Shown piece by piece: positions 39,428 to 60,532 of a DNA stretch of 64,000 nucleotides; the first letter of the stretch is position 1, and every line of letters starts with the position of its first letter. The stretch comes from Chrysomallon squamiferum (Eukaryota; Animalia; Mollusca): positions 25,482,001 through 25,546,000 of the forward strand of contig CM022672.1 of assembly GCA_012295275.1 (NCBI GenBank), given 5' to 3'. A program made the translations under genes and the position numbers. Under the pieces are notes generated by a model. It was not told the DNA's origin. It did no database searches and was given only the letters and a program-made list of their open reading frames with translations.

Positions 39428-40985
39428 TACATACAATATACATATTCATATATATACACACACACACATTCACATATAGATAGACAGATATAGATAATAG
39501 ATATATATATAGATATATGTGTGTGTTGTTGTGTGTGTGTGTGTGTGTCGCTATTTACTACAGAGAGGTGTGGTGGGTGTAGTAAACACTCAGACGTTTC
39601 GGAGCCGCCCTGTCTTGAAAGCCACACCTACCGATGTGACGGAAATTACAAAGACAAGTGTGGAAACGATGAAAACAAGACATGTAATTAGTAAGTAGTA
39701 ACAGAGACCGTGATTGTTCTAAATCTTGATCTTTACATAGAAGAAGAAGAAGAAAAAAGAAGAACAATCCATAGTGTCAGTAATAACAGTAACAATTACT
39801 GCTGCTGCTGCTATTACTACCTCTATGATCATTACTTCAATAACATAATGATGACGATGATGATGACAATGAAAATTTCACCATGATATTGACGATAAAA
39901 ATATATAGATGTGTATCCACACTGATTCATAAAAACATTGACAAACGCACAAAATTTAGTTTTATTAGAACAAATAATCTGTTGCATTATATCACAAAAA
40001 TTATTATTTCAGTATATTATAGCGTATTGTATTTTGCTGTACTACACTATACTTTGTTATATCATACTATACTATACTACACATTAAACTAATAATTTCT
40101 GATACTGTAATATTATTGAATGCATTATAATTATTGTATGACATTATATTAAATTGTAATAATAATTATTATATTATATTATATTATATTGTATTGTAAA
40201 AAATAATTATTACATTACATTACGTAATATCATATTGCATTTATTGTATTCCTCATAATAAAGGGAAGTATGAAACAACCAGTGTATCTGTTAACGTTTG
40301 TTGTCATTCCTTCATGTTTTTAGCATTCGGAGAAACAATTGTTTTAAAACAAGCTATAACTGCTGTGGACTTTACAAACTTGTAGACAACGAATGTAGAA
40401 GAATAGGTGTGTTGTTATTGCTATTACTATGTATCATTATTTTATGACATTTTTTTTTAATTATAGTATTTGTATTTTTTCCATAATTGTTTTTTATTTT
40501 ATTCATTTTCTTTTGTCCTTTGTGTGTGTGTGTGTGTGTGTGTGTGTCTGTGTGTCTGAGTGTTATGGATATTTTATTTTTTCTATTACTATTTTGTTTT
40601 CTTTCATTCCTTTGTTTTTGTTTTTTTTTGTTTGTTCTTTTTTTGTTTTTGTTGATTGATTTATCGTGTGAATGTTCATAAATTTATTATATATATTGAT
40701 TGTTATTTTGTTGTTTTTTATTGCTGTTTTTTTATGATCTGTCCGTGTTTTTGTGGATCTCAGGGGGGGGGGTATTTATTTGTTTATTGTTGTTGTGTTT
40801 TTTTTAATTTTTTTTTGTTTGTTTGTTTTTGTTTTTTGTTCATGTTATTGTTTGTGTTGTTGGGTTTTTTTTCATTTTGGTTTATGGACAGGGTTAACTC
40901 TTTTGTTGGTTCATTTGTTGTTGTTTGTTTTGTATTGATTTTTTGTTTTGGTGTTTTTTTTTGTTTTTTTTCGTATTTTTGGTTG

Positions 40986-41020
<35 letters not shown>

Positions 41021-41732
41021 ATTATTATTATTTATTTTTTTTTTGTTGTTGTTGTTGTTCTTGTGAGATAGTGAGATGCATGCAAACAAAGACAGAGACA
41101 CGGACTGACATACAGCTGTTTGATTCTTAATTACCAGCTGATGGTTTCTGGTCTGACTGGAAAACTGTCATGAAATCTAACTGCTCTGCAAAGTGTGGAA
41201 TTGGCTTACAGAGAGTCGTACAAGACAGAACATGTGTAGGTCGCACTCCTGGCGGTAAACCGTGTCTTGGCCACCGAAACAGAATAGTAACAATTAACTG
41301 CAAGATTCGTTCTTGTCGAGGTATTAAACGCTTTTAAAGTTATAAATTTATATAAAACAAATACAACATAATGTGTGTTTGAATTGTGGTTGTTGACATC
41401 ATTTTAACACTTTTGTTGTTGTTTTCATTGTGGACACCATCATAACGTTGTTGTTGTTGTTATTATTGGCAACATTGTTGTTTTTGTTGTCGTGGACACA
41501 TTAAAGGTATTCTTTAACTGTTTTCCTTCTAATTTTAGACTATCTCAGAATTGGTAGTGCTTGGTCAGAGTGGGTAGTCCTATATGTTAGCTCATGTTCC
41601 AAGACTTGTGGTGATGGTGTCACCAAAAAGGTTCAGGAACGAAAATGTATTGAATCTGTAGTCGGTGGTTTATCTTGTAAAGGAGACTACAGAAAAACAA
41701 CTTACGTTCCATGTTACGTAGAACCTTGCTAA
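31900..41732 (+). CDS. Astacin (M12A) metalloprotease: signal, astacin, EGF, CUB, Cys-rich, TSP1, TSP1 (start exon not identified)
   Basis: Phase-consistent GT-AG exons: 31900-31991, 32506-32604 (KWPNITIP), 33180-33303 (WEHLTCIRF), ~33520-33592 (CYSRVG..SLGKGC), 34228-34431 (HEVGHSLGLHHEQKRPDRD; Met-turn SLMHY), ~34866-34989, 35591-35726 ([26 protein letters not shown]), 36188-36300, 37003-37129, 37992-38107 (CUB), 39564-39690, 40324-40406, 41138-41320 and 41539-41732 (two WSxW..CS..CG.G TSP1 repeats; TAA at 41730-41732). Confidence 0.92.
36298..36480 (+). repeat. 39-bp tandem repeat (4 full units plus a partial) overlapping a splice donor
   Basis: Unit GAGGTATTAAATCATACTAATAATAAGTTCATTATAACT repeated exactly. 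Confidence 0.95.
38295..39061 (-). mobile_element. Tigger/pogo-family deletion derivative in an astacin intron
   Basis: TIRs CAGTGGTACCTTGACTTACGAGT and ACTCGTAAGTTGAGGTACCAC. Minus-strand remnant PKKVSAKDSAEKKRWMMSIELKLEFIEKHEQGVHVVDL...STICTILK is a CENP-B/psq-type N-terminal HTH. No DDE domain. Embedded in (GT)n/(TA)n. Confidence 0.88.
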
Positions 41733-41893
41733 TATTCTAAAACTCCACAAACATTTTATACATTCTTATAAAACATGATAGCAATTATAGTGGTTACGTA
41801 TGTACTGTTTTTGTTGTTCCAATTTCAAATATGACCCGACTTCTACTACCAAATATCTGGGGGTTTTCAATGATTCCTTTTTATTTACAAGGG

Positions 41894-41935
<42 letters not shown>

Positions 41936-43571
41936 ACAAACATGCTATTACACTGGAAAGAAAATTACAACTTTGACAAAATAAATTTTCATTTTTTTTT
42001 TACTTTGAAGAAATTTTCAAATGGTACTTTTTCATTAATAATAATTTTCAGTTTACTTAGGGAATGTAAAACATTTAATATGTAACAAGATATTTGCAAT
42101 ACCACACTATATAATATACAAAATGTAATTAACATTTTAGTTTTCATTCAATAAAGATAGTTCTTTAAGAATTTAAATTAATGTATTTAATACCTAAAAT
42201 ATGTTTCTAGTATGTTTAGTTAAAGAGAAAACAAAAAGATAAACTTATAATCAAATGTAAATATTGGTTTAAATAAGTGTTTCCAAATTTTTCGGAATAG
42301 CTTAAATATCTAGGCCTTAGATAAAATATTTTAATATTTGATGGCTGAAACTAAAATAGTATTTAACAAAATTTAAAAGAAGCGTATCCTAAATTGGATT
42401 TCAACTAGATATTTCCAGTGCTTCAAAGACCATATACACTTGCTTCTCGCAAGTGCATACGTACATACCTGTGAATGTGTGTATTGTTTATTATGTTCCA
42501 TATGTTCCAGAGCACAATTCAAGACAGCATGGTACAAAAACAACACTATAAATTATAAACTGGAATAGTTTTTATTAAAGATACTCATTAGTGCAAACAT
42601 TTTAAGCAAGATAAAACTGTAATCAGTCAAATAATTCGTAGTAAAAATGTATATATACACAGAATTTAGAATATCCAGAACAAGATGCTAATCACTGAAG
42701 AAGTTTAGATAACAAGGTATTCATATTCTGTAAACAGGTATCAAAAACATTCATTCATCAATTTTTCTTTTTTTAAATGACTTCTTTAATATGCTTCATG
42801 AAAATGAGAGTAAAACCAGTTTGCTATAAAAATCAGATTCTAATGATGGTTTGTTTATGAATTAAAAATGTATGTGACACTCGTGAAACAAAACAAGCTG
42901 ATGAACTGGATGGAACAAAAAGAGTTATTGCAAAACTCATCATTATGACTTAATGACACAGGTTCTAAGTTTGATATGGTATATAGTATAGTGACTAAAC
43001 ATGCCTGGTGCTTAATAAGCTATAAATGAAACTTGAAGAAGAAAGATATTATAGAAATGCTGTTTTTTGTGTACAGAATGTTTTTTTTTTTTTCAAATTT
43101 CAAATTTACTATCTGTTTTTGGTGTTTAAGTACTAGTTTAAGTAGACATTATGTAAACTATGTTAAAGAAATGCATCATAAACAGCAGACTAATTAACCC
43201 CCAAAAAATAAATAAATAAATAAAGATTAAAAAAAAGTGAAACAAATCTTCATGAAATTTTAAATTTATCAGCTTAAATTTTACCAAACATTAATTTCTT
43301 TAATAAAAGGAATGCTTGTGTGATCAATGCCATGGAAAATACACATCACAAATTCTACAAAATGTCTTCACAACTGTCTTTTTACAAACTGGGGCATTAT
43401 AATAACTAATGACAACAGGTGAAAAAAAAAGAAAATAAATGAATGAAAAACCTGCAGACAGAAACTTAAACTTCTGAAAATACAACATTTAACACATTTA
43501 CTCCAGGGTATTCAGATCAGTTAGATACTGAACTTTAAAAAAAGCTGGGTTCTTTTTAAAAACAAAATTTA

Positions 43572-46500
43572 TTACACATCTTGAACTTTTGAAGCTTCCA
43601 CAATGTCATGCTGAATGTCTTTGTAACACGGCAGTTCTGAGAGGGGAACCAGGCAATATCTCTTGCTGGAGACACCTTTAACTAGCAGGTTGTAAATGCT
43701 GCGTGGACTCAGTCGTTTGCTGATGGATGAGTAGATCTGTCCTTGGAACGATCTGCGCCCAAATTTTAGTCCATACTGCCGCGACAGTGTCGTTATCTGT
43801 TTCAGATCACCTAGAGGAATATCAGAACCAAATATCAGTTCATCAATGGCATCACCTTCAGTGTATTCCTTGATCAGCTGTTCTACATACTTCATAACCC
43901 ACTTGTTGTAGCACAAGTTATGGAACCTGCGTCTACCTGCATTCAAGTCGCCACTAAGTTTCCATTTTCTATTTTCAGTTGTATTTCCATTTTCAGTCTT
44001 AACTGCATCTGAAATCTCCTTGTTAATTTCATCTGAACTTACATTCACAGTTTTGTCTAAATTCTGATTTTTAATTTCAGTATTTGTTTCATTAGTATTT
44101 ATACTTTTATCTGTAATTGTTTGTCACAGCTGGTTCTGACTTCAGATCAGCTGTCTCTCCTTCAGTGTTTGTTGTGATCCCTCCTTCATTATCCATCACA
44201 TTCCTTCTTTCTGTATCCACATTGCTACCTCCTTTACTATCCACTGTATTCCATGCTTTATCTACTTCATGGCTTTCTTCAGTTTTTATCACATTCCCTC
44301 CAACAGTATCCATTGCAGTACCTCCTTGATTATCCTCCCGATCCCCTCCTTCAATATCCACTGCATTCCCTTCTTCACAATCCGTCACTTCTGCCTTTTC
44401 TCGACAAATTACATCTTCAAATGAATCTATTTTCACCATATCATTGTCAATACTTCCTGTCTCACCATTCTCTTCTTTTAATTTCTGAGCCTTCTTGCAC
44501 AAGTCTTCATAAGTAATCCATGCCTCTTTTAGATACTTTGACATAGTCTAAAAGAATTGTGGAAATAAAAGGAAAAACGTAAATGTAGTAACAGATGTGT
44601 CTTAAGATCTCTAAAATTACAGACTACAAACTGGTTGAAAATTTATCTCACATTCTTTGTTGGCAAATAAGGAAAATATTTATCAAATTATTACAAAATC
44701 CAGAATATGTAACAAAATCAAGATATGTACATAGAATGAATGAATGAATGAATGTTTAACAGCACAAAAAATATATCAGCTAGTGTGTGTCATACAAAGT
44801 TAAATATTAAAAATGTTGAATATTTTCTAAAAAAAAAAATTAGATATGTGTACATTATCAGACTGTTCAATAATTTAAAATCACTGATTTTTAGTGTAAA
44901 ATTAACATTCTTATCTGTTTTATATTCTAGACAAGCAAACTACTGTATTGTAATTAACTGTTTAATCCAATTACAACAAATAATTCACGAGCTGACAAAA
45001 TATTCAACAATCATTTTATTTTAAAATACATATATACAGACAAACAGACAGACAGACATACTGTTGTTTTGACATTAATAAATCTTTAACACAATAATAA
45101 TAATAATAATTAATGAGTTACCATGACAACTGGCAGGGTTTCGTAGAGTCTGAAAAGGACAGCACCTGCAGCCAGGGATCTTGCTGCTGACTTGTTTACA
45201 GCGGAAACCTCAGAAAGAACAATTTTCTGAAGACTCATAGTACACCTGTCACATTGAAATTTGTATTTAGTGTTTATCACTTTGTTCTCCACAAACTGTT
45301 CTAACATTAGGAACATACTCGAAGATTCTTAATCTGTAGTTATATGAGGTTAAGGACAAAATAATAATTATATTCTGCAGTGAAGATACAAATACTGGAC
45401 TTGGGGGAAAAAAACAACAATAATTTGTAAATATAGAAAATGTATTAATATATATTTGTCAGCACCTCTGTGACTGTATAAAGATGATATAACAATGTTT
45501 ATGCTCACATGAGAATATCTAGGATTGTTTAATTAAATAAATTTCAGTAATACATTTATGTAAATTAAAGAGAAAATCAAAAAAAAAAAATTTTTAAATA
45601 AAATAAAAATATATAAAAATCTGTTTTTTAAAAACTGTTTACAAGTTATAGTAAAAAATATATCCTATTAAACTGAGATCTAAAAATTTTTTTTTTTAAA
45701 TTGCCCTTACGTGAATAACTTATTATTCTGACTGATGTTCCACTCAAGCAACATGTGGTTTTGAAGAGCTGACTCACTAAGAATACAGAATGCACTCCTC
45801 TTCCGATCAGCAGCCCAGTCACTGTGTTCCATGATTATCATCTCACTAATGTTGATCTTCAAACTCTCATCTTTGTCAAAATTAGCAATACGTTTCAGTC
45901 GTGTCAGATTGGAATCCTCCATTTTCTTCTTTTTACTTTTGACAGTCATCTCCATATTTTTAGGATCCTGTGTATCCACTTTGCTTATACGCCGACAGTT
46001 CTTCATCAACTCATCAACATTTTGTTCATTTAATATTTCAAAAGCTTTGATGTAAGCATCCTGTCTCGATTCCTGGGTTGTTTCACCTTCACCAATAGAC
46101 AGAAGAAATCCTGACACAAACAATTTGCATTCTATAATCTTGTTGTTGTCATCAGAACTTCGGAATATAGTATTGACAGGAATTCCAAACTTACTGGTCA
46201 GTTTAGTCAAAGTGGTCATGGGGTTTTTGCTCTCTCTGCTTGGTTTGACTCTGGATATCAGCTTTTCCAAACGCTCCTTTTCAGTCATTGGTTTCATCTG
46301 AGTAGACGAATCAAGAGATGTTGATTTTGAAGCATCAACAGTGGACTCTTCAATGTCCAGCTCTTTGAGAGATTTACCTCGGACCAAATGGCCAATGGTC
46401 TGTGTTAACAGAAATTTCACAGCTTGTTCAGCAACCTTTTGCTTTGCTTTCTTCTTCTGTGATGCCAGAGCACCAGCAAAAAGTATCCCTTCAATTAAGA

Positions 46501-48352
46501 GCCGAGCCCTGAACATGCTTTTTCCTTCAACTTGAATAGAATCCACCTCAAAACTGTGTGACAGGCTACAGTGGGAAGCAGGAAAGGCTTGTTCTAGTTC
46601 TTGTAATGGACTCTGCACTAAGTCATGTGCAGACTGCCGATTCTTCAAATGTTGCATAAGTTTATGAAGCCCTGGCACTGCACTGTTAGGCATTGATGAT
46701 CCTTGAAATGAATCAGTTGACTGTAATGCTTCCATCAGTGCCTTAGTTTCTATGTCTGAAGTCTCATCAGGCATAACAAACTCAGGTCCTTCATCCTTCA
46801 GAGCCATGATCTGTGGCACAGTCATTGTCCTCAATACTTTGAGTGCCTTGGCATAGCAATCATGTTTTGCTTGTTTCTTTTTACTGTTGGCTGAGCGAGC
46901 AATGAACACTCCGTCAAGAAACAAGGCTCCACTGAACATTTTGCCATTCAGGTCTACAACTGTATATTCTGATTTCAAACCCAGCTTAGAAGCAGTCAGG
47001 GCATTTTCAATGGTCTGGATTTCGTTAATTTTGTCTTCATCATTAATGCAGTAGACACAGAAGTGATGGATTTTCTGTGGCAGTGATAAATTCGTAACTG
47101 GGTTTGTTACTGCCATTTTACTTCCTCTACCAATTACTTTGCTAAATGTTCCTGTCATCAATCCTTGTTTCTGTCCCCTGCTTTGGCCTCTAGTAAAACC
47201 TTTAGTAAAAAAAAAAATATAATTAGATCCATTAGTCCCAAAAATGTAACAGTTCATTAGAAAAGAGAAAAATCAGCTGTGTGAGCCAAGTCTAAAGGAT
47301 TAAATGCAATGGATTGTATTTCACTTGTCAAAATTTAATTTATTTATTTATTATTTTTAATTATTATTTCTGCAAACATTTGCTATGTTAAGATATATTT
47401 TCAATAAACAATACTATTAATATTTCAGTATTTAATTTGTTCAGTGAAGTTAAAGCTTTGTGAATTTTATGCAAGAAAATGATTCCAGTTCAAAATGATC
47501 TCATGTTACTAAAAAAAAAAAAAAAAAGTAAAACTTACCTCCTCTGCTGCTTATTTGATCCTTTCCTCTTTGAAAACCTCTTACAAAACCTCGACCACCT
47601 CGAACAGAAACCTGCATCCCTCGACCACTTGGAAAGCCAGCATGTGTCCCCCAGCCTCCTTGGTATGTTCCTTGAACCACCCCAGGACATTTTACTACTT
47701 TGTCCCTCTGAATGACATCTTGACTCCTTCTGAACTTTCCTCTACCACCTTGTGAAAAATTTACCCATCCCTCATTATAGCCCATGCCACCCTCCTCCCA
47801 TTCCTCCATACCTGTAAACTGTGATCTCCCTGTCATCTTAAATTCTGAATAACTATTCACATATCTTTTTACTCCAGTTTGTTTGAAATGCTTTTCAGAT
47901 TCTTTAACTATAGCAAAATCATTTACATATACACTTTCATTCATGTCACCTACAGGTTTTTCAAATGATTTTTGTTTTCCTTGTTTATTTCCATATGGTT
48001 CTTGATAACCTGTAGCTCCTACACCCATCCAACCACTACCATAAGACCCTACTAAATTACCACTATAATCCATTCCATCGGCATGGTTCCCTACCCTACC
48101 AGTATATCCACCTCTGGTTTTACCTCTAATATAAGACCCATTATACATGCCTCCTACTTCTTCTCCATACATTCCATCTCCTGAGGCATAATAAGTAGGA
48201 TCATAAGCATCATCTGGGTAGACAGTGTTATACCATGTTTCAGCACCACCCATACCCATAGCTGTGGAAGTGGGATATGATTCCCATGTACACCGTTGTT
48301 TTATCTGAGGAACATAATCAGAATACATCCCTGGTGCTCTCTTCGGAGGCAT
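43572..48352 (-). CDS. NKRF-like RNA-binding protein (RG/G-rich N-terminus, several dsRBD-like repeats, degenerate R3H-like C-terminus) with an apparent frameshift near 44125
   Basis: Exons ~48352-47539, 47199-45711, 45245-45122 and ~44547-43572 with consistent phases. dsRBD-like KKKQAKHDCYAKAL and KKKAKQKVAEQAV. C-terminal ELIFGSDI..DLKQITTLSRQYGLK...YCLVP resembles the NKRF R3H region as I recall it. Confidence 0.7.
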
Positions 48353-49639
48353 GTTACTACCAGCTGAAAAGAAGTCACCTAACACATACAGAATTTATAC
48401 CAAGCCAGCTGTAACTTTTTTGGTGTTAACTAAATACTTATCAGACAATGATATTTTCATTTGGTCTTAACCATTTTAATGAAAATGGTGAAAAAAATAT
48501 AGCTACTGTATTAAATCTGTCAATCTGGAATACATCATCTCATAAAAAATATGAAACGAATATTTGCACTTGAGAAAAAAGATGCTTTGTTGTATTTGTT
48601 TTATTATTACACACTGTTTTTATTATTATTTTATTTTTTGTTTTTTTAAATATTAATTCCAGTTTTATAAATATATATAAACACTTATGACTGTAACACA
48701 TTTACTGATACATGCAAACTAATCTGTTCTACAGAATACATTTACATAAAGAACCACACCTTGATCAAAAACATTGATATTAATTCATTATCAAGTCAAA
48801 TGGTACCTTTATGCAAAGACACTCTATATATAAAACAAATCATGCACTGAAAGCTCAAAGGGGTATTATTATTAAACTAAATCCATTAGGAAGATTTAGG
48901 ACAACATTAAACAATTGGGTAATTTATATTATAAGTGAGTTACCAAGGCCTGCTTTTTAGGTTTTTGGATTCAAAGTCCAATAGATCAGCATCAAACCTT
49001 TTTAAAATATATTGGTTATTGCATAAAAATACAAAGTTAAATCTAGCTAATGTAAAATTAAAATTAAAATTCCACTCGTTTGTAATAATATTAACCCTTC
49101 AGTATTTTCAGGAAATTATTTTTTTTTTTTTTTTTTAAATAATTTAGTGCAATTAAAATGACAGGTTACTGTCTTAAGTCTCAAAATAACCAATATAAAT
49201 TCTGAGCAGATCTATCAGAAAACATAACCCTCTGATCAAAACAAAGATAAGACACATCTACCACAAAATTCTAATTTTTAATCTTAAAACTCGGCATCCA
49301 AACCTAAAGGTTTTACTTTAAAATATTCCTTTTCAAACTTATTAAAAATGTATTAGCCACATAATCACTGGTGATTTTCTTAGTCATTCTAATTACATGA
49401 ATTGACACACTAAATTTCAAAATATCATCAAGCCTTTGTTTGAAAATGATGTATAAAAGACAAAAACTGAAAATTTCCAAAATGTTTAGACTAAATCTTT
49501 TTTAATTTTAGAAAAAGCATTTGAAGCAAAATAGATTATTTATTAACTGTCTATGAAAAATCACGATTTAAAACTAGATTTCTCAATGTTTTCAGAGGCT
49601 GTTTTTTTTTTTTCAATCTCTAATCCATCTATCTATCTA

Positions 49640-49675
<36 letters not shown>

Positions 49676-52600
49676 ATTCAGTTATTCGTGTTGAAATTAT
49701 GTGCCAATGCAAATGGTATCTGCCACACGGTTTCCAATTTTCTGAAAAACCCAAATAATTAAGCAGAACCTACAAAACAAATTACCACATATTTTCAACA
49801 CTACTGTAATTAACTAAATTTTTTGGCATGTTGTTAAATAAAATTTCAGAAAAAAGACAAAAGAAAAGTACTGATTTATTATGCTGCACGAAGCCACTGA
49901 CAACAGCAATCTGACAAGTAATAGGTTATCATATGGTCAATTAAACTGCTGATCAGTGTCTTGATACAGCATAATGATTACCTAATTCCTTTGGTAAATT
50001 CTCTAAGTTCAAGGAGATCTTTAGATCCACACACAGAATTACCAGGACAGTTATTAGTGAAATCTAACACTGATCAGAGGTAATACTGTGTGAAAGACAG
50101 TCAGCTTAAAACTGTCCAAGCTCTCACCTGAAGAAAAAAGAAAACAAAAATATAGAGTCAGAACAGACTGTAATAAGTGGTTAATTACCAAATCAGTATG
50201 ACTATAAGGCAATGAGTTTAAACAAAAATAATTTTATAAACTTGTCCATTTTTAGAACTGTTAAATTAATGAATTTGCCAAATAAACCAAAAAATAATGT
50301 GTTTCAAGCCTAAGACATCATTCACAGATCTGTCTCATATGAACTAAGTGTTCAAGTAAGTTCAAAATAAAAATTTAAAGATTAAAAAGTTAAAGAAACT
50401 AAAACTGTACCAATGACTTTATTTATTGGTTTCAAATAATATCTCAATAATTTGTATGTTTTCATTTATCCATTTATCGAATACACAAAAACATACAAAT
50501 ATTGCAAAGTAATGTTAGGAAGCTATCCTTGAAAAAAGCAAAAGGAAAACAATCCACTGGACAGCCCAAATATGATCAATTTACTGATATTACTGTTTAT
50601 CAGCACAAAAAATACTAAAATAAAGAGTGGGTTTTTTGTTTGTTTGTTGTTGATATTTTTCTCAATATCATTTGTAAAATGTGACCATAGAAGACCTTAT
50701 TTATTGTTATAAAATGAAAGCCTTTAAATGCTATAATCTGAACCATATATAACAATTTAATAATTATCAAACAGAATTTTAAAAAGAAATCTTCATAAAA
50801 ATAATTATCAAGTAATCAGATAAAACACAAAACAACTGCAAAAATATATATTTTTATTCTCAGCATCGTGCCATAAAAGTCACATCAAAATTATTCTTTA
50901 AAAAAAAGTCACAATATATTATAAATGTGTATTAAAATGATTTTCAAAACAATACTGAACAAAATAAAAATTGAGAATTTAAAATTAATTATAAAAAAAA
51001 ATGAAAAATAATAACAACAATAAAATAAACATTATACACAAAAGGACTGCAATTTTTTTTAGCATAAAACATTAAAAGGATGTATTCTTTCATAGGATCA
51101 GTAATTCATATCATTCTGAAGTTTATAAGTAATGAACTATTAAATGAAAAGATTGTTTGCACAAATGATTATTTATTGAAGAAATTGGCCACTGATTTTT
51201 AAAGTTCCCTTTTCTCACTAAAAAGCTATTGGAATACATTAAGAAATGTTTGTTCTAAATCAAATGTAACTACTGTCAACAATAAACACAAAATTAGTAC
51301 ATATGATAGTATACAGTATACTAATTGATGCCCTGTATTTAAACGTGTACCTGTTTATGTGTTTTGCAGTTCCTTCATTATTTTTTTTATTTTTTTAAAA
51401 TACACAGAAATCTTAAAGCTTTGAGAATTTTTGTTTTATTTCACGTCTTTAAGATTACTTTAAATACCATTTAAAGTGAAAATCATTATATAAAGAGTTT
51501 CTTAATACCAATACAGTTTATGACACACCTCCCAAAACAAAGTCGGTCAACTGAAAACTACTACTGTTAGTAGTATTACTTTTATTTTAGTAACTACCGT
51601 ACCACTAGCTCCACAATTATGAATTAAAGATGGCCAGTTTGAAAACGACTGTCAAATTAAAAATAAAAATAAACAAATAAATACAAACAGTAATGCTAAA
51701 AGACGAAGAATTATTTTGTAATAAAAATATTACACATCTTAACTAAATTTTTAACAACAAATGTATACCAAAAACACAGCGAATGATATAAACACTTGAT
51801 ATTTTTTCTTCCGATAGAGGTCGTTAATTATGCAGTCGTGAAAGAAAAATAAACTTCATATTTTGAGGAGGTCCTACTAATGTCCCATAAGTGCCGAAAA
51901 GTCATTCAAAATTTTCGAAAAGTAACGTTTTTGATTATTTTGATTGCTGTTAAATAAAAATGAATGTTGTTTTATAGTTAATCTGGATGCAAGGAAAACA
52001 TGGAATACATTGTAATACAGTTTTCTCATTAGGTCTTCGTTTAAACAATTTCTGAGGGTACTCCTTATTGCGGCATCTTTATTATTAATATTATTTATTA
52101 TATTTGTTCTCTCCAAGATGGATTATTGTGAGAATGCAAATAAACTCTCAAATATATTTTCTGTTATGTTTTCAAAAGCACTGATACTTAAAGATTATGT
52201 ATACACCCATCTCTATTTTATTTATCAGCTTCAGAAATTAATATAAACATAACTTGGCAGCTCTTTTCGGCTCGGGTCGGTTATTAGTAGAATTTGCTAT
52301 GAAATGTTTACTGTTCCGGTGGCCGTAATTGTGATTCTTTAAATATTAATTACACAAGATATTCAGATCTATACGTTTCAAATATTAGAATCCGGTACTT
52401 CAGAAAATTTCGACCCTTGCATATATATATATATATATATTATGCTGGCAGAAATAAGAATGCAAATCAAAACCTATTTTATTATTTAATAAGTCAGGTT
52501 TTTTCTTCTAGGTTACAATCCATATTGCAGAAAATGAAATAAAAACTAGGAGAGGGGTATAAAATATATCACATTTTCACGGTCTTATCAATTAAGGATC

Positions 52601-53032
52601 CAAATATACTTCTTTACATTAAACAATAGTATGCATTTAATATTGATGAATATGCATAGTTCCTTGATGTTCAATCTGAATTTTTCTTTTAAGATTTTGG
52701 TTTGTGTGTCACTGCAAGTAAATATAATCCAAAAAAGATTTATTAGCTTAATCATAACTAATATTAATACATAAAAGAAACTCATGACAGTTGTTTCAAG
52801 GTGTTTTATTGAGAGATTCTCTTAACAGTATAATCCTTGGTTTAGTTTGTTCAATTTCTTCAGTTTTAATGTGTTGTTATTTTGTGGTAAATTCCTCCAT
52901 TACTAAACAATGCCTGTAAGCTCTCCTTACAATGTAAAGTAAAAACAGATAGCACCACTGAAGACAGCCACTGACTGAAGTCATGTGACTTCAATACATT
53001 ATAATTTACTAAGTGATTATTGCAGTAGGCTG

Positions 53033-59978
<6,946 letters not shown>

Positions 59979-60532
59979 GTTTTTCTTTCCAAATGATTTC
60001 CTTCAAGATATATGAGATCCGACGATCATGACTATTTAACTGCAGATAATTAAGTTCAAATTATCTGTTATATGTTTATTTTATTCAATAATAATAATAA
60101 AACTAAAATTATCATTTATTCATTATCATTGAAACGATGAAATAGCTCGTAAGATTAAATTTACAATAAATTATTATTTATAACCAATAATTAATATTTG
60201 TATGTGCATCCATATCTCTATATCAGGGATCATCAAAATGGTAACCGCGAGCACCTCATCGCCCCCAAGAACCACACGAGTCGCCCGCAGACCTGTTACT
60301 AAAATATTTAAACAATTACTGAGATCAGTAGAATTAAAGGTTGAATATTGTTATCCCTTCGTATGACTCAGTGCTATTCAAAATGGTTTGTGACCCCTGC
60401 TTCAGAGTCTTAGTAAGTCGGAAGTAAATCACAATCAGACAGTCGTTTTCTAAACAGAACAAACTATTGTAAGTATTTAGAGCGAATCATATCACATCAG
60501 TGTCACGTCTGACAGGGATAAGATCATTAAAG
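59979..60532. promoter_or_regulatory. Putative bidirectional promoter between GTF2H4 and DNase II
   Basis: Divergent start codons ~555 bp apart; local CpG-rich patch ~60240-60295; ETS-like CGGAAGT at ~60418; AP-1-like TGACTCA at ~60364. Confidence 0.55.
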
